Of a stretch of DNA of 64,000 nucleotides, positions 31,153-43,198 are shown piece after piece. This DNA comes from Vulcanimicrobiota bacterium (GTDB taxonomy: Bacteria > Vulcanimicrobiota > Vulcanimicrobiia > Vulcanimicrobiales > Vulcanimicrobiaceae), in assembly GCA_963723515.1 (NCBI GenBank), contig CAVRQT010000001.1:89969-153968 (forward strand), read 5' to 3'. Positions within the stretch are counted from its first letter, which is position 1. Every line of letters begins with the position of its first letter. The notes below the pieces were generated by a model, which was given only the letters and a program-made list of their open reading frames with translations, was not told the DNA's origin and ran no database searches. A program made the translations under genes and the position numbers.

Positions 31153-32317
31153 TCCTTTCTTCGTCGTTTCGAACGGAACGTTTGTCGGGGTCATGATTCG
31201 CGCGATGTCGCGGAAGATCGCGTTTGCGACGCCGGGTGCAGGCGTACTTTTTTGCACGTCTACCCAGTCAACGATGAAGATGCGTTTGCTCGGAAAGTAA
31301 TAATCGCCGGTATTGTAGCCGGGCAATCCACCTGTATAGCCGAACCAGCCGGCGCTACAGCCGAGACCTAATCCGAAAGCGAGATTTCCGTCACCGGTTG
31401 GAATGCAGTTCATCAGCGCGCGGTACGTCGCCGGCTTGCTGACTTTACCGGTCACGTAGTCGGTGATCCAGCGTTTGATGTCTGGCATATCCGAAATCAT
31501 CGCGCCCGCGGCGCCCATCAGCGAAACGGGAATCGTGCCGCTGACATCTTCCCAATTGCGGTTCTTATCAAGTCCATAACCGTGCGCCCAAGGACCGGGC
31601 ATCGCTTGCGTGTCGGGATAGAACGTCTGATAGAGGCCTAACGGTTCGATCAATCGCTTGCGGATCTGGTTGCCCACGGTATCGTGCGTCAACCTCTCGA
31701 TGATCAGCCCGAGAATCAGATAGTTGGTGTTGCTGTATTTGTACGCTTTGCCGGGCGCAAAATACGGCTTCTGCTGCACGGCCCAGCCGATCACGGTGCG
31801 CGGGTCGAACTTCATCTGCGGCGTGACGTTCATCTTATTGAACTGCGGGGAATCATATGCTTCGAAGAGCCCACTGCGCATTTCGCAGAGTTCGCGGACG
31901 GTAATATGATTCGCGTTCGGAACTTTGACGCCGATCGGAAAACGCGAGAGCGGATCGTCGAGCTTCAGCTTTCCTTCGTCAACTAACTGCAGTATCGTCC
32001 CCACGACGAAGGTCTTTGTATTGCTGCCGATGCGAAAATGATCGTCCGAAGACAACGGTCGTTTCTTCGCCACATCTGCAAAACCGAACCCGTGGACGTA
32101 TGAACGCCCGGTGCCGTCCCAAATCCCGATCAACACGCCCGGAACCGGCGTGCGACCACCGTACAGTTTACGCTCTTTTTGAACCGCTGCGTCGATCGCG
32201 GATATCGTTGAAGCGCTCAATGTCGTCGCTGCCGGCGGCGTACTTGCACGTGACAACGCTCGATGAAGCAATTGCAGCCATCAGGAGAAGGCTGCCCATC
32301 AGGGCAAATAGTCTCAT
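31147..32317 (-). CDS. secreted serine hydrolase (D-Ala-D-Ala carboxypeptidase/beta-lactamase family; indel in signal peptide)
   Basis: FRIGSNTK, YSNTNY, GAAGAMIS and YTGGLPGY. ATG at 32317 with AGGAGA RBS. Confidence 0.85.
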
Positions 32318-32332
32318 GTAAGGTCTCCTATC

Positions 32333-33820
32333 TCATTTCGCGCGTGGCGTGAAGATCAGCGTCGCATGCGGATAATCGAAGTGAAGCTTGGCAAGTCCCT
32401 TCAAGAAGTCGTAGCCCAGCAGCGCGTCGTGTTCGGTTCCAAAAGACGCCGTGCACGCATTCGGCTTATCGTAAACGATCGGCCCGATGCTCATGTCGTC
32501 CAGCGTTCCGCATCCGCCCAGAACGCCGGCAGCGCTCATATGCAGACCATACTTGTTGACGAGATCCTCGGAGATCAGGACGAATCTTGGATCGCCGGTG
32601 TCAAGCGTAGCGTTGACCGTCGTGCTCTTCCCTTGCACGTACATTACAGTCGATGGCGTACCGTTGCTTAAATCGACGCCGATATGGACGCCGGCAACAG
32701 ATGCGGTGTCCACGGTGCGCGGATCCTGAAGTTGCAGCGTCGTGTGTTCGAAGTCCAGCGTCGTGAATGCCGCGGCGAACAGTGTGTAACCGATGAGCCC
32801 ATCCGGCCCTTCCATGTCCAGCGGCGGCTGTCCGAAATAGAGTTTGACGTCATGCAGTTCGTTGCCGCCAAGTTCCAACGTGCGCGCGGTTCCGACGTCG
32901 ATCTTCTCGATGCCATGCAATGTCGTGCCTCGGAATGTCCAGTGGCTACTAAGCCGGCGCGGCGCGCGAATGCGCCGGTTAAGAAGATGCTGGCGGCGCC
33001 TGAATCGAGCACGAAGTTTCCGTCGGCGCCGTTGACCCGCGCATTGACGATCACACGCCGTAGCGTGAGCCGGATCGGGAACGGTTTGGGGTCCTTGAAT
33101 TCCCAGCGAGCCGTTTGCGCCGGCGGATGCAAATCCTGACCGGTAAGATGGGTGTTCAACTTGATGTCGGTGATCGCAGCAACACGCCGGCTCGAATCGA
33201 ATTTCCAATGATTGATGAAACGCCGATTCCCAACTGATTGGTAATCGATGACCTGAATCGCTCGCTCGCCCTCGCCTTTGGGGTCGATGACGAGTCCACC
33301 GTACGCGCCGCTCTCTGGATCGACATAGATTTCCATCGGAAATGAAGCCGGCTGCTCGACGCGGACCACGACATACGATTTGTCCCAGCGCCGCTCAGTA
33401 CGAACGACGCTCCAGGGAAGTTGGGTCACGGCGTCCGTAAAGAAAAGATCTTCCGCGAGCAATCTCTTCGCGGCATTACCGATGATTGGAACCGTGAATC
33501 CATTTTCGTCGGAATACCAAAAGAGATTGCCGGTAAAGCCGGCGGCCGAATCAGTCCCCGCGCGCACGTCATGAGAATCGACTCGATAGAGCGCGCCGAT
33601 GCGGCGAACGCGCTGCGTCACTTCAGTTGTGCCGTCGCGCGTGAAGGTCTGCGTCATTTCGGACACCGTTGTCTGTGGGTCGCCGAATTGCCAACCGATG
33701 TACGCTTTGTGCTTGGCAAGCAGCGACGACGCGTCGTCCGCTGCAGAAACGGCTGATACCGCCAACCGACAACGGTAAGGCGAAAAAACAGAAGAGGAGA
33801 CGCCTCAAAAGTGGCTGCAT
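32333..33820 (-). CDS. secreted protein with tandem retropepsin-like aspartyl protease domains (indels)
   Basis: FVLDSGA...DGLIG and ATLDTGD...ALLGYDFL; N-terminal signal peptide from ATG 33820. Confidence 0.78.
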
Positions 33821-33923
33821 CGGTGGCTGGAATTCTTAGCAGCAGCCGGTCCGGCGACCCTCTCATCGAGTCTTAATCGACTCTCCGGATGTTGTCAGGA
33901 ATCAGCCGTATTCTGATCCTGCC

Positions 33924-35550
33924 ATGATTAGAAACTTAGGTCTGCCGCAGCCGATTATCGCGTCGCTGCCGCGCTTTCCCGACCTCATCAACGCGATAAA
34001 ACGCCATCGGATCATCGCAGGAGCGGTCGCCATCCTGCTCGTTATCGCACTCCTATCCGGCATCATCGTTCGGGTGCGTTCAGGCGCATCGGCTGCGTAT
34101 GTCACGCAACCGGTCGTGCAGGCGGATTTGACGCAAACCGTGACCGCCTCGGGCACGGTCAACCCGCAAAATACGATCAACGTCGGCACGCAAGTTTCCG
34201 GAACGATCTCTGCGATCTATGTCGACTACAACAGCCACGTGAAGAAAGGCCAAATTCTTGCGCGTCTGGATCCGGCGCAGTTACAGGCGCAGATGCAGCA
34301 GGCGCAAGCCGCGCTCGCTCAGGCGCAGGCGCAGGCCGACGCTGCCGGAGCGACGGCCGAGGGAAACGCAACGGCCATAACGGTCGCGCAGGAAAACGGT
34401 GCCGCACAGGCAGCCAACGCGCAAGCAGCGCAGGCCGCGATCGCGACAGCGGATGCCAACATCACGAAGTCACAGAGCGCACTGCAGGTCGCAAACCTCA
34501 CCGTTCAGCGTGACAAAGCGCTCTTAGCGCAAGGCTACATCCCGCGCAGCCAGTACGATACGGACCAGTCGAGTGCCGTCGCCGCGCAAAGCGCCCTTGA
34601 ATCAGCGAAAGCGGCAGTCACTCAGGCGCAGGCGCAAGCGAGCGCCGGCGCAAGTCAGGCTGCAGCAAGCGGTGCGCAAGCGATCCAAGCCGGATCGACT
34701 GCTGCGGGATCAGCAGACACCGCGCGTGCGGCGCAAGCTGCCGTCGGTGCCGCGCAAGCGCAAGTCGAACAGGCGCAATACAACTTAGATCGCAGCGTCA
34801 TCACCTCGCCGGCGGACGGAACCGTCATCAATCGCGGCATTTCTGTCGGGCAAACTGTCGCCGCGAGTTTCCAGACGCCCAACGCTGTTCACGATCGCGC
34901 AAGACGTCCGCAAAATGGAAGTCGACATCGCGGTCGGCGAGCCGGATATCGGCAATGTGCGGCCTGGAGATTCGGTCAGCTTTAACGTGCTGGCCTATCC
35001 AAATCAAACATTTCGCGGTGTCGTCTCGCAGGTACGTGAGAATCCGACAACCGTGCAGAACGTCGTGACGTACACCGTCATCACGCTGGTCAACAATCCG
35101 AAGAACCAATTGCTGCCCGGCATGACGGCCAACGCCACGATCGGCGTCGCAACGGCGCACAATGCGCTCGTTGTGCCCACGCAAGCACTCGCGTTCCGGC
35201 CTGCCGGCCGCGGTACGACTCATCATGGCAACTCCGCCGCTCACGTTGCATCAGGCGGTGCGGGTTCGCCGTGGGGGCAGACGGCCGCGAGTGCGGGCGG
35301 CAGCGCGGCTGCCGGCAACACCGGTGTCGTGTTCGTTCAGAACGGTCGTACGTTAACGCCGGTCCGTGTAAAGATCGGCCTCATTAGCGGCACGCAAGCG
35401 GCAGTCACACCGTTGCGCGGAACGCTGCAAGCCGGCGACAATGTCGTCATCGGCCAAGCGAATGCGCAAAGCACTGCATCGACGACGCGTACCGCCGGCG
35501 CTCCGGGAGGACCGGGCGGCATCGGCGGCATCGGAAGGGCGTTGCACTAA
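33924..35550 (+). CDS. MacA-like periplasmic adaptor subunit (indel near 34880)
   Basis: N-terminal TM, TASGTVNP...VGTQVSG...VDYNS.VKKGQ.LA.LD, long Ala/Gln coiled coil, SPADGTV...VGQTVAAS and LLPGMTA. Confidence 0.88.
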
Positions 35551-36248
35551 TGGCTGTCGTCAATGTCGAAGGCCTGCAGAAGACGTACGAGCTGGGAACA
35601 CAGCGCGTCAATGCACTGGCTGGAGTCAACTTACAGATCGAGCCGGGCGAATTTGTCGCCGTCATGGGACCGTCCGGCTCCGGAAAATCAACCTTCATGC
35701 ACATCGTCGGTTTGCTCGATGAGCCAAGCGCAGGCCGCTACATCTTTGAAGGCAACGACGTCTCGAAGTTGAGCGCCGACCAGCGCGCGGACATTCGCAG
35801 CCGCCGCCTCGGGTTCGTCTTCCAAGCCTACAATCTGTTGCCACGCACGAGCGCCATCCAAAACGTCGAGCTGCCGATGGTGTATGCGGGAATACCTGAG
35901 CCGGAGCGGCAGCGCACTGCGATCGAGATGATGGAGATCGTCGGCGTCGCGAATTTGCGCGATCACGCTCCGAATCAGATGTCGGGCGGACAACAGCAGC
36001 GCGTCGCGATTGCGCGAGCGCTCGTCAACGACCCCGGCTTGATTCTCGCCGACGAACCGACAGGCGCGCTTGACACAAAGACGTCGCAAGACGTCATGCA
36101 GCTCTTTACCAAGCTGAACGAAGAGCGCGGCATCACGATCTTGCTCGTGACGCACGAGCAAGATATCGCGGCCTACGCAAAGCGCATCGTCTCATTTCGT
36201 GATGGCCAGATCATCGGCGATCATAGCAGAGAGAAGGTGGCGGCATGA
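35550..36248 (+). CDS. ABC transporter ATP-binding protein (MacB/LolD type)
   Basis: GPSGSGKST, MSGGQQQRVAIARAL, ILADEPTG and VTH. Confidence 0.95.
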   Translation: MAVVNVEGLQKTYELGTQRVNALAGVNLQIEPGEFVAVMGPSGSGKSTFMHIVGLLDEPSAGRYIFEGNDVSKLSADQRADIRSRRLGFVFQAYNLLPRTSAIQNVELPMVYAGIPEPERQRTAIEMMEIVGVANLRDHAPNQMSGGQQQRVAIARALVNDPGLILADEPTGALDTKTSQDVMQLFTKLNEERGITILLVTHEQDIAAYAKRIVSFRDGQIIGDHSREKVAA

Positions 36249-37464
36249 AGTTGTCAGCCACGATCAAAGTCGCGCTCGATGCGCTCCTGCGTAATCGCGC
36301 GCGCTCGCTTCTGACGATGCTGGGCGTCATCATCGGCGTCGGTGCGGTCATCGTAACGGTGGCGATCGGCGCGGGCGCGCGGATCTCCGTGCAAAATCAA
36401 ATCAACAGTCTTGGGAGCAATATGGTGATCGTACTTCCGGGAAGCACGACGCAGTATGGAGCACGCAGCGGCCTGGGCGGAGCATCAACGTTGACTCCGG
36501 ACGACGGGATGGCAATCGCGAAACTGCCCGGCGTCGCGGCCGTTTCACCGGCGGTCACCGTGCGCTCGCAAGCGGTTTCCGGCGGCAACAACTGGCAAAC
36601 GACGATTACCGGCGTCGCTCCAAGTTATACGTTCATTCGAAGCTGGCCGATGGCGTCGGGAGCATTCTTCACGCAAAACGATGTTCTGTCGGCCGCGAAG
36701 GTTGCGGTGCTCGGGCAAACGGTCGTTGACAATCTCTTTCCCGACGGCTCATCGCCGCTAGGCCGCACGGTGATTATCAAAGGCGTCCCGTTCACAGTTG
36801 TTGGAACGCTGGCGCCGCTTGGACAAAGCGGAATCGGTCAGGATCAAGACGATACGATCCTCATTCCGTACACTTCCGCGATGGAGCGGCTTAACCGCGC
36901 AGACAACCGTAAACTCTTTATCCGTCTCCGCGAGCAGATGCCCAAGACGTGCAAGCGGTTCAGAGCGCGGTAACGTCGCTTCTCGAAACGCGCCACCATA
37001 TCGTGCCGCCGCAGCAAGATGATTTTCAGGTTCGCAACCTGCAAGATATCGCTGCCGCCGCCTCGTCAACAGGCGCGGTGATGGAGTTCTTACTTGCCGG
37101 CGTAGCGGCGGTCTCGCTGATCGTCGGCGGCATCGGAATCATGAACATCATGCTGGTTTCGGTCACCGAACGCACGCGCGAGATCGGTTTGCGCATGGCG
37201 GTCGGAGCGCGCGCGGCGCTGATTCTTCGTCAGTTTCTCACCGAAGCGATCGTGCTCGCGAGCGCCGGCGGCGTGATCGGCATCATCCTCGGCATCATCG
37301 GAACCGAAGCCGTCGCATTGCTCGCCAAGTGGCCGATGGTCATTCCCCCGGCGTGGATTGCAAGTTCGCTGTTGTTCTCGGCGATGGTCGGTGTCTTCTT
37401 CGGCTACTACCCGGCGCGAAAAGCATCGCAGCTGCATCCGATCGAGGCCCTTCGATTCGAATGA
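36245..37464 (+). CDS. ABC transporter permease (MacB/FtsX type; indels near 36895-36950)
   Basis: RSLLTMLGVIIGV, GGIGIMNIMLVSVTERTREIGLR and GYYPARKA..L.PIEALR. Confidence 0.92.
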
Positions 37465-38135
37465 CCGCGCGCATCATGGTCGTGGATGACGAACGTCGTA
37501 TTCGTGAGTTGCTTGAATTGAGTTTGAGCCACCACGGGTACGACGTTCGCAGCGCATCTGATGGACAAGCCGCGCTTACATTAGCCAAAGATTGGGAGCC
37601 CGACGTGATCATTCTCGACGTCATGATGCCGAAGCTCGACGGCATCACGCTCCTGCCGATGTTGCGCCGCTTTACGGAGGCGCCCGTCATCATGCTCAGC
37701 GCGAAGGGAGAGATCGACGATAAAGTTGGCGGTTTGAGTGTCGGTGCCGACGATTATTTGAGCAAGCCGTTCGAGCTGCCCGAACTGCTGGCGCATGTGG
37801 ACGCAAAGCTGCGTCGCCCGCGAATCGAGCATCCCGAGCGTTTACAATACGCGGATCTCGGAGTAGACTGCGAAACTCGCACGGTAACGCGTTCGGGCAG
37901 GCCGCTTGACCTCTCGCCTCTCGAGTATAATTTGCTGCTGACATTCTTGCGCCGTCCGAAGCGCGTCTTCACGCGCGAGGAATTGCTCGATCTTGTCTGG
38001 GGCGACGAAGCGGAGGTTTCCGAAGGCGCGGTCGAGCGCTACATTTCCTACCTGCGCGCGAAGGTGGACGATGGTTTCGAGCGGCCGCTGATTCAGACGA
38101 TCCGCGGCGTCGGCTATACGCTGCGCTCGGAGTAG
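37461..38135 (+). CDS. OmpR/PhoB-family response regulator
   Basis: VVDDE, LDVMMP, GADDYLSKPF, winged helix and IQTIRGVGY. Confidence 0.95.
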   Translation: MTARIMVVDDERRIRELLELSLSHHGYDVRSASDGQAALTLAKDWEPDVIILDVMMPKLDGITLLPMLRRFTEAPVIMLSAKGEIDDKVGGLSVGADDYLSKPFELPELLAHVDAKLRRPRIEHPERLQYADLGVDCETRTVTRSGRPLDLSPLEYNLLLTFLRRPKRVFTREELLDLVWGDEAEVSEGAVERYISYLRAKVDDGFERPLIQTIRGVGYTLRSE

Positions 38136-39470
38136 TGTTCGCCTCATTCCGCCGGCGGCTGACGGGCAGTTATGTGATCCTGGCAGCCGTCCTGATCATC
38201 GTCGTCGTGGGGATCTCGACGGCGCTGGCCTTCCTTTTATATGCGCGTGGAATAAACGAAGCGCTCGCAGTGGCATCGCAGCGTGCGTCCACGGCGGCCG
38301 AGCGCGATCCACGGCCAATCGCTGGCGCAGGCGGCGCCGCGGCTCGCTCGGGATTTGGGGCGCTCGCATTTTCGGGTGACGGTCTTCGATACCGGGCATC
38401 GGCTGCTCGCCGCGAGTACGCCGGCGCACGCCGGCACGTCGTTGGCGCAGAGGCTCGGCGCGCTTGTCGGAATCGGACGCGTTCGCGTTCCGATACGTGG
38501 TGGAACGATCGTCATTGCTGCAGATTTCGATCGCTTCGGCCGCTTGTTGCTCTGGTACTGGTCGATCATGTTGCCCGCGGGATTCTTGGCGGTCTTGATC
38601 GCGTGGCTGATCGGACGCCGCATCACGGCCCGTGCCGTTGGTCCGCTTCGAAACGTGACCGAAGCGCTCAACTTCATTGCGTCCGGTCAGATGTCGCCGC
38701 AACGGCTGATCGCCGGCGGAGACGAGCTGCGTGAATTAACGAGCGCGTACAACGATGTCGCGTATCGTTTATCGACTGAAACGCTGCAACGGCAACAAAC
38801 CGAGATGCAAATGCGTCAGTTCATCGCTGACGCCGGTCATGAGTTGCGCACGCCGCTGACCGTGATCATGGGCTATTTGGATCTGCTGCGTCGCGGCGGC
38901 GTCACGGGCGAAGCGGGCACGCGGCAAGCGTACGAATCAATGCTCGAAGAGAGTCGCCGCATGCGAACTCTTGTCGAGAAGCTTATGCTCTTAGCGCGCC
39001 TGGAGCGTCCGGTTTCGGGCGCGAACGTCGGCGCCGTCGACTTAAGTGACGTGATGCGCCGTGTTGCCGGCTCCTTAACTCCGCTGTCCGGCGATCGTCT
39101 TCATCTTGCGGATGGGACACCGCCGGTCGCCGTTGTAGCCGATGAGAGCGAGCTCTATGAAGCGATCAAGAACATCGTGGATAACGCGTTGAAATATGCG
39201 CCGCAGTCCGCGGTGGAATTAGATGTTAAGCAGGACGGCGATTCGGCTTGTGCGGTGATTACCGATCGCGGTCCGGGAATGGATCCGCAAGACCTCGCAC
39301 ATGCGTTCGACCGCTTTTACCGCGGCGCGGCTCGGGTTGAAGCGGAAGGCTCGGGGCTCGGCCTTTCGATAGCAAAACTTGCGGTCGAGCGCGCGGGCGG
39401 AACAATTACGATCGACAGCACGCCGGGAAGCGGCACGTCTGTGGCTCTCTGTTTGCCGTTAGCTTCATAA
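38135..39470 (+). CDS. HAMP-containing sensor histidine kinase (indel near 38300)
   Basis: Two TM segments, HAMP, H-box DAGHELRTPLT, N-box NALKY, DRGPG and GSGLGL. Confidence 0.9.
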
Positions 39471-39489
39471 ACCACGGCGCAGACACGGG

Positions 39490-40477
39490 CTATTGTTGCG
39501 CTGTAAAGCCGGCCGGGATCTCGAAGAGGCCTTTATCAGAGGTTGATAACGTGCGAAAGTTGCCGCGCTCAACGAGCGTGGAGAATCCGCCGCTCATTTG
39601 ACCTTGTGCGCTCGGCGCGCCGGCACCGATCGTGACAAGCGTCCATATCGCAATCCGCCCCGTCGGTACTCGTCCGCTGCCCGAAATGTTCGTGGAAACC
39701 CGTGGTCTGCATCCTGGTCTTAACGCGAGCATCTCCGGTCGCGATAAGCTCGTCGTGCGCGGCAGCGTCGCTCGAACGCTCGCAATATGCGGCTCTGCGT
39801 ACGGTGAAACGTACTCCGTGGTCGAGACTTGAAAAGCACCGTCAGCGCACGAACCCGTCGACTGCGTCTCACGCATGCTGAAAACGCTGCGATAGCCGGT
39901 CGTTGGAACGTTATCGATCAGCAGCGAGCCCAACGCTTGAACCGAAACGGTAATGTCGAGTCTTCCGCTTCCCGGCTGCCCCGGTTGTCCGCTAGGATTG
40001 CGCACGCGCTCGAAAGGCGGCTCAGTTGCACCGGCGTATTGCATTCCTGGCGTCACGACAAGGTACGTATGTTTTGCGAGATCGAGGTGGATGATTTGCC
40101 GTTGCTGCGGCTTATCGATGGTCGCGGTCTGTGCGCCGACATCATCGGTGCGCCGCCATCCGGAAAGATAGTATTCGCTCGACGCGGAGCCGGTGTTTAA
40201 GACGTTCATCGCGTTTTTCGCTGTATCGACCGCGTTCATGATGCTCCCGAAAGAGGCCGCCATGCGTCCCACCGCCGGCGACGGCTCGCTGCGCGTTGAC
40301 CGCGGCTTGAAAATCGGCGCCAAAAGAACCAGGTGCCGGCGCGGAGCCTCCGAGAACGAGTCGCGTGACTTCGTCATAGGCGATGCCGGTTTGCGCGCCT
40401 TGCGCGCTCGTCGCAACGAGTGCGCCGAACAATGCCGCAAGCGCGGCCGTCAAAACAGAAAAACTACGCAGGTTCAT
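39490..40477 (-). CDS. hypothetical secreted protein (indels near 40255-40230)
   Basis: RBS GGAGG, signal peptide MNLRSFSVLTAALAALFGAL, and a C-terminal LFEIPAGF typical of DUF4412-like folds. Confidence 0.6.
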
Positions 40478-40573
40478 ACGTCCCTCCGAAAACAAGACGC
40501 AGTTCTGCGCAGCTCTTAGCCGGCCCTACGCCTATAAATGATGCCGGTGCCTAAGCGCTAAAGGCCGAAGGAA

Positions 40574-41242
40574 ATGGCCGAACCGACCGAAGACGCAATG
40601 ATTCGTGTCGTCTTAGCCGACGATCACGCGATCGTACGCGAGGGGCTCAAGCATCTGATCGACGGACAATCCGACATGCGCGTCGTCGGCGAAGCTGACG
40701 ATGGCAACAGAGCGTGCGACGTTGTAGTCGAACTGCGACCGGACGTCGTCGTTATGGATGTTTCGATGCCTACAATGGGCGGCGTAGAAGCGACCGAACG
40801 CATTCATCGCGATTTGCCTTCGGTGAAAATCATCGCGCTAACGGTGCACGAAGAACCGGTGTATCTCAATCGGCTCTTTCGCGCCGGCGCTGTCGGTTAC
40901 GTGCTCAAACGTGCCGCATCGGATGAACTCGTGCGCGCAATTCGGACGGTGTCATCGGGTAAGACGTACATCGATCCGACGCTCTCCGCCACGCTTGTCG
41001 AACAATATTTGGATCCGCCGGGACCTGATGGACCGCAAGACGCGTCGTTGAGCGAACGCGAACGGCAAGTTATCACGCAAATCGCGCGTGGTTTCACAAA
41101 CAAGCAGATCGCTGCCGACTTGGACCTGAGCATCAAAACCGTGGAGTCATATAAAGCCCGCGTTGCAGAGAAATTAGGCCTGCGTAGCCGGGTGGATATA
41201 GTTCGGTACGCCATTAGGCATAACTGGCTGCAACAAGAGTAG
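40574..41242 (+). CDS. NarL/LuxR-family response regulator
   Basis: LADDHAIVREG, MDVSMP, GYVLK and HTH LSERERQV...TNKQIA..L.LS.KTVE. Confidence 0.95.
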   Translation: MAEPTEDAMIRVVLADDHAIVREGLKHLIDGQSDMRVVGEADDGNRACDVVVELRPDVVVMDVSMPTMGGVEATERIHRDLPSVKIIALTVHEEPVYLNRLFRAGAVGYVLKRAASDELVRAIRTVSSGKTYIDPTLSATLVEQYLDPPGPDGPQDASLSERERQVITQIARGFTNKQIAADLDLSIKTVESYKARVAEKLGLRSRVDIVRYAIRHNWLQQE

Positions 41243-41317
41243 CGTAGGGTAAATCCCGGCACGCGGCGCTCTGAATCCCGCTATCGTTTGTACGCCGGGC
41301 GTTTTACGCTATTATTA

Positions 41318-42031
41318 GTGACCTCACATAATGGGCGGCCGCATTTAATCGGTTCGATTTTAGCAATCGACGGTGCGATCGCTCCCTACTTAGAGCGCGT
41401 GCAACTGCGTCAAGGCGAGGTGCTGGTTCGCAAGGATGAGCCGATTACCCATGCCTACTTTCCGCGTGACTGCGTGATCTCGCGCGTCGTCCCGATCGAT
41501 GAAGAGCGATGTCTCGCAGTAGGGCTTATCGGATCCGAGGGCTTTATCGGCCTTCCGCTGCTCTTCGGCATTAATACCGGCAACGCGAACGTGATGGTTC
41601 AGATTCCGGGCGATGCCATTCGCATGCGAACCAAAGATTTTTTGGAGCGCATCGTCGAGCGCCGCGGTGAGCCGTACAGGATGCTGTTGCGTTACGCAAA
41701 TCTGTTCATCAGTCAAAGCGCGCAATTCGTCGCTTGCATCAGTTTGCATAGTTTTGAACAACGTTTGGCGACCTGGATTTTGATGACGCTTGACTCCGTA
41801 GACGAACGCGAACTGCCGCTCACGCACGAGTTCATGTCCAGCATTCTGGGCGTTCGCCGTCCAACGGTTTCACTTACGGCGCATGCGTTGCGGGAGCGCG
41901 GGCTGATCGAATATAGTCGCGGCAAATTGCGGGTCATCGATCGTGCCGGGCTCGAGCGGACGGCCTGTGAATGTTACGCCGCCGTGCGCGGATTCGACGG
42001 ACGAGACATCTCTCAAGCGATCGCCATGTAG
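41318..42031 (+). CDS. Crp/Fnr family transcriptional regulator (paralog 3)
   Basis: AYFP..C, IGSEG, AC.SLH..EQRLATW, LTHEFMSSILGVRRPTVS and TACECY. GTG start inferred. Confidence 0.9.
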   Translation: MTSHNGRPHLIGSILAIDGAIAPYLERVQLRQGEVLVRKDEPITHAYFPRDCVISRVVPIDEERCLAVGLIGSEGFIGLPLLFGINTGNANVMVQIPGDAIRMRTKDFLERIVERRGEPYRMLLRYANLFISQSAQFVACISLHSFEQRLATWILMTLDSVDERELPLTHEFMSSILGVRRPTVSLTAHALRERGLIEYSRGKLRVIDRAGLERTACECYAAVRGFDGRDISQAIAM

Positions 42032-42077
42032 GCAAAATTTAGCGCCTTAACGTAAGTCCAATCGCGGAGGCGTTGCG

Positions 42078-43177
42078 ATGAAGAAAAGCGCCCTCGAAGC
42101 AGCATTACGTGCGAGCGAAGCGCGATTCAGCGCCTTAACTGAGCTCGCGCCGGCCCTATTGTGGGAGACGGATGCGGCGGGAAAGGCGTTCACGCTGAAC
42201 TCCCGATGGCTAGATTACACGGGCCAATCGTTGGAACAAATGCAAGACGCTGGTTGGCTCGACGCAATTCATCCTGACGACCGCGATTAAAGAGTCGCGC
42301 GGCATTCGCACATGCATTCGAGATGGGCGAACCGCTCGAGTTGGAACACCGTGTACGGCGGACGCGACGGCGCTTATCGCTGGTTTCTGGTGCGTCAGGT
42401 CCCGATTCACGACGAAGAAGCGCAGATCATACGCTGGCTTGGAGCGGCGATCGATGTGCACGCGCAGCGCGAAGCATTTGAGGAGATCGAACAGCGTGTG
42501 GAAAAGCGCACCCGCGAACGGGATTTGCTGCGGCGGCAATTGAGCATTGCAGAAGAAGAGGAGCGCCGGCGAATCTCGCGGGAGCTGCACGATGAAGTAG
42601 GGCAGCATCTCGCGGCGGTTTCCCTCGGGCTTCAAGAATTGGAGAGTCTTCTGACGACAGCAAGCGAGTTGTGGAACGCGCCGCTCAGTTGCGGCAGCTT
42701 GTTGCGAGACTTGGCAGAGAGCTGCACTCGATTGCGGTGCAATTGCGTCCGCGTGCCCTTGACGATTTCGGCCTGGACGCCGCGATGCAAACGCTCGTGC
42801 ACGAGTGGAGCGCGAGAACGAAGATCAAAGCCGAAGTGCATTGCGTCCTAGAACCGCGTTTAACGAGTGCGCTTGAGAATACGATCTACCGCATTACGCA
42901 GGAGGCGCTCACAAACATCGCGCGCCATAGCGGGGCGAAGAATGCCAGTATCATCCTGGAACGCAGGGATGCCCGCGCACTCTTGATCATCGAAGACGAC
43001 GGCCAAGGTTTTCCGGAGACGCCTTCGGCGAAGCGCAACGGCGACTCGAAATTGGGTCTTGTCGGCATCAGCGAACGGGTCAACTTGCTCGGCGGCACGC
43101 TGGACATCGAAAGCACGGAGCACGGTACGACACTTTTCGTCCGCCTCCCACTGGAAACGGCAACCGGGACAACATAA
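42078..43177 (+). CDS. PAS-domain sensor histidine kinase (HisKA_3/NarX type; several indels)
   Basis: PAS (W.DYTG...W.DAIHPDD, DGAYRWF), ERRRISRELHDEVGQ, LRP..LDDFGL, QEALTNIARH, DDGQG and LGLVGISER. Confidence 0.85.
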
Positions 43178-43198
43178 CGGCGCCGCGCCGCTATCCTC

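Noticed and set aside
34270..34800. Ala/Gln-rich low-complexity DNA as a tandem repeat element
   Set aside because: It is explained by the coiled-coil coding sequence of the adaptor protein.
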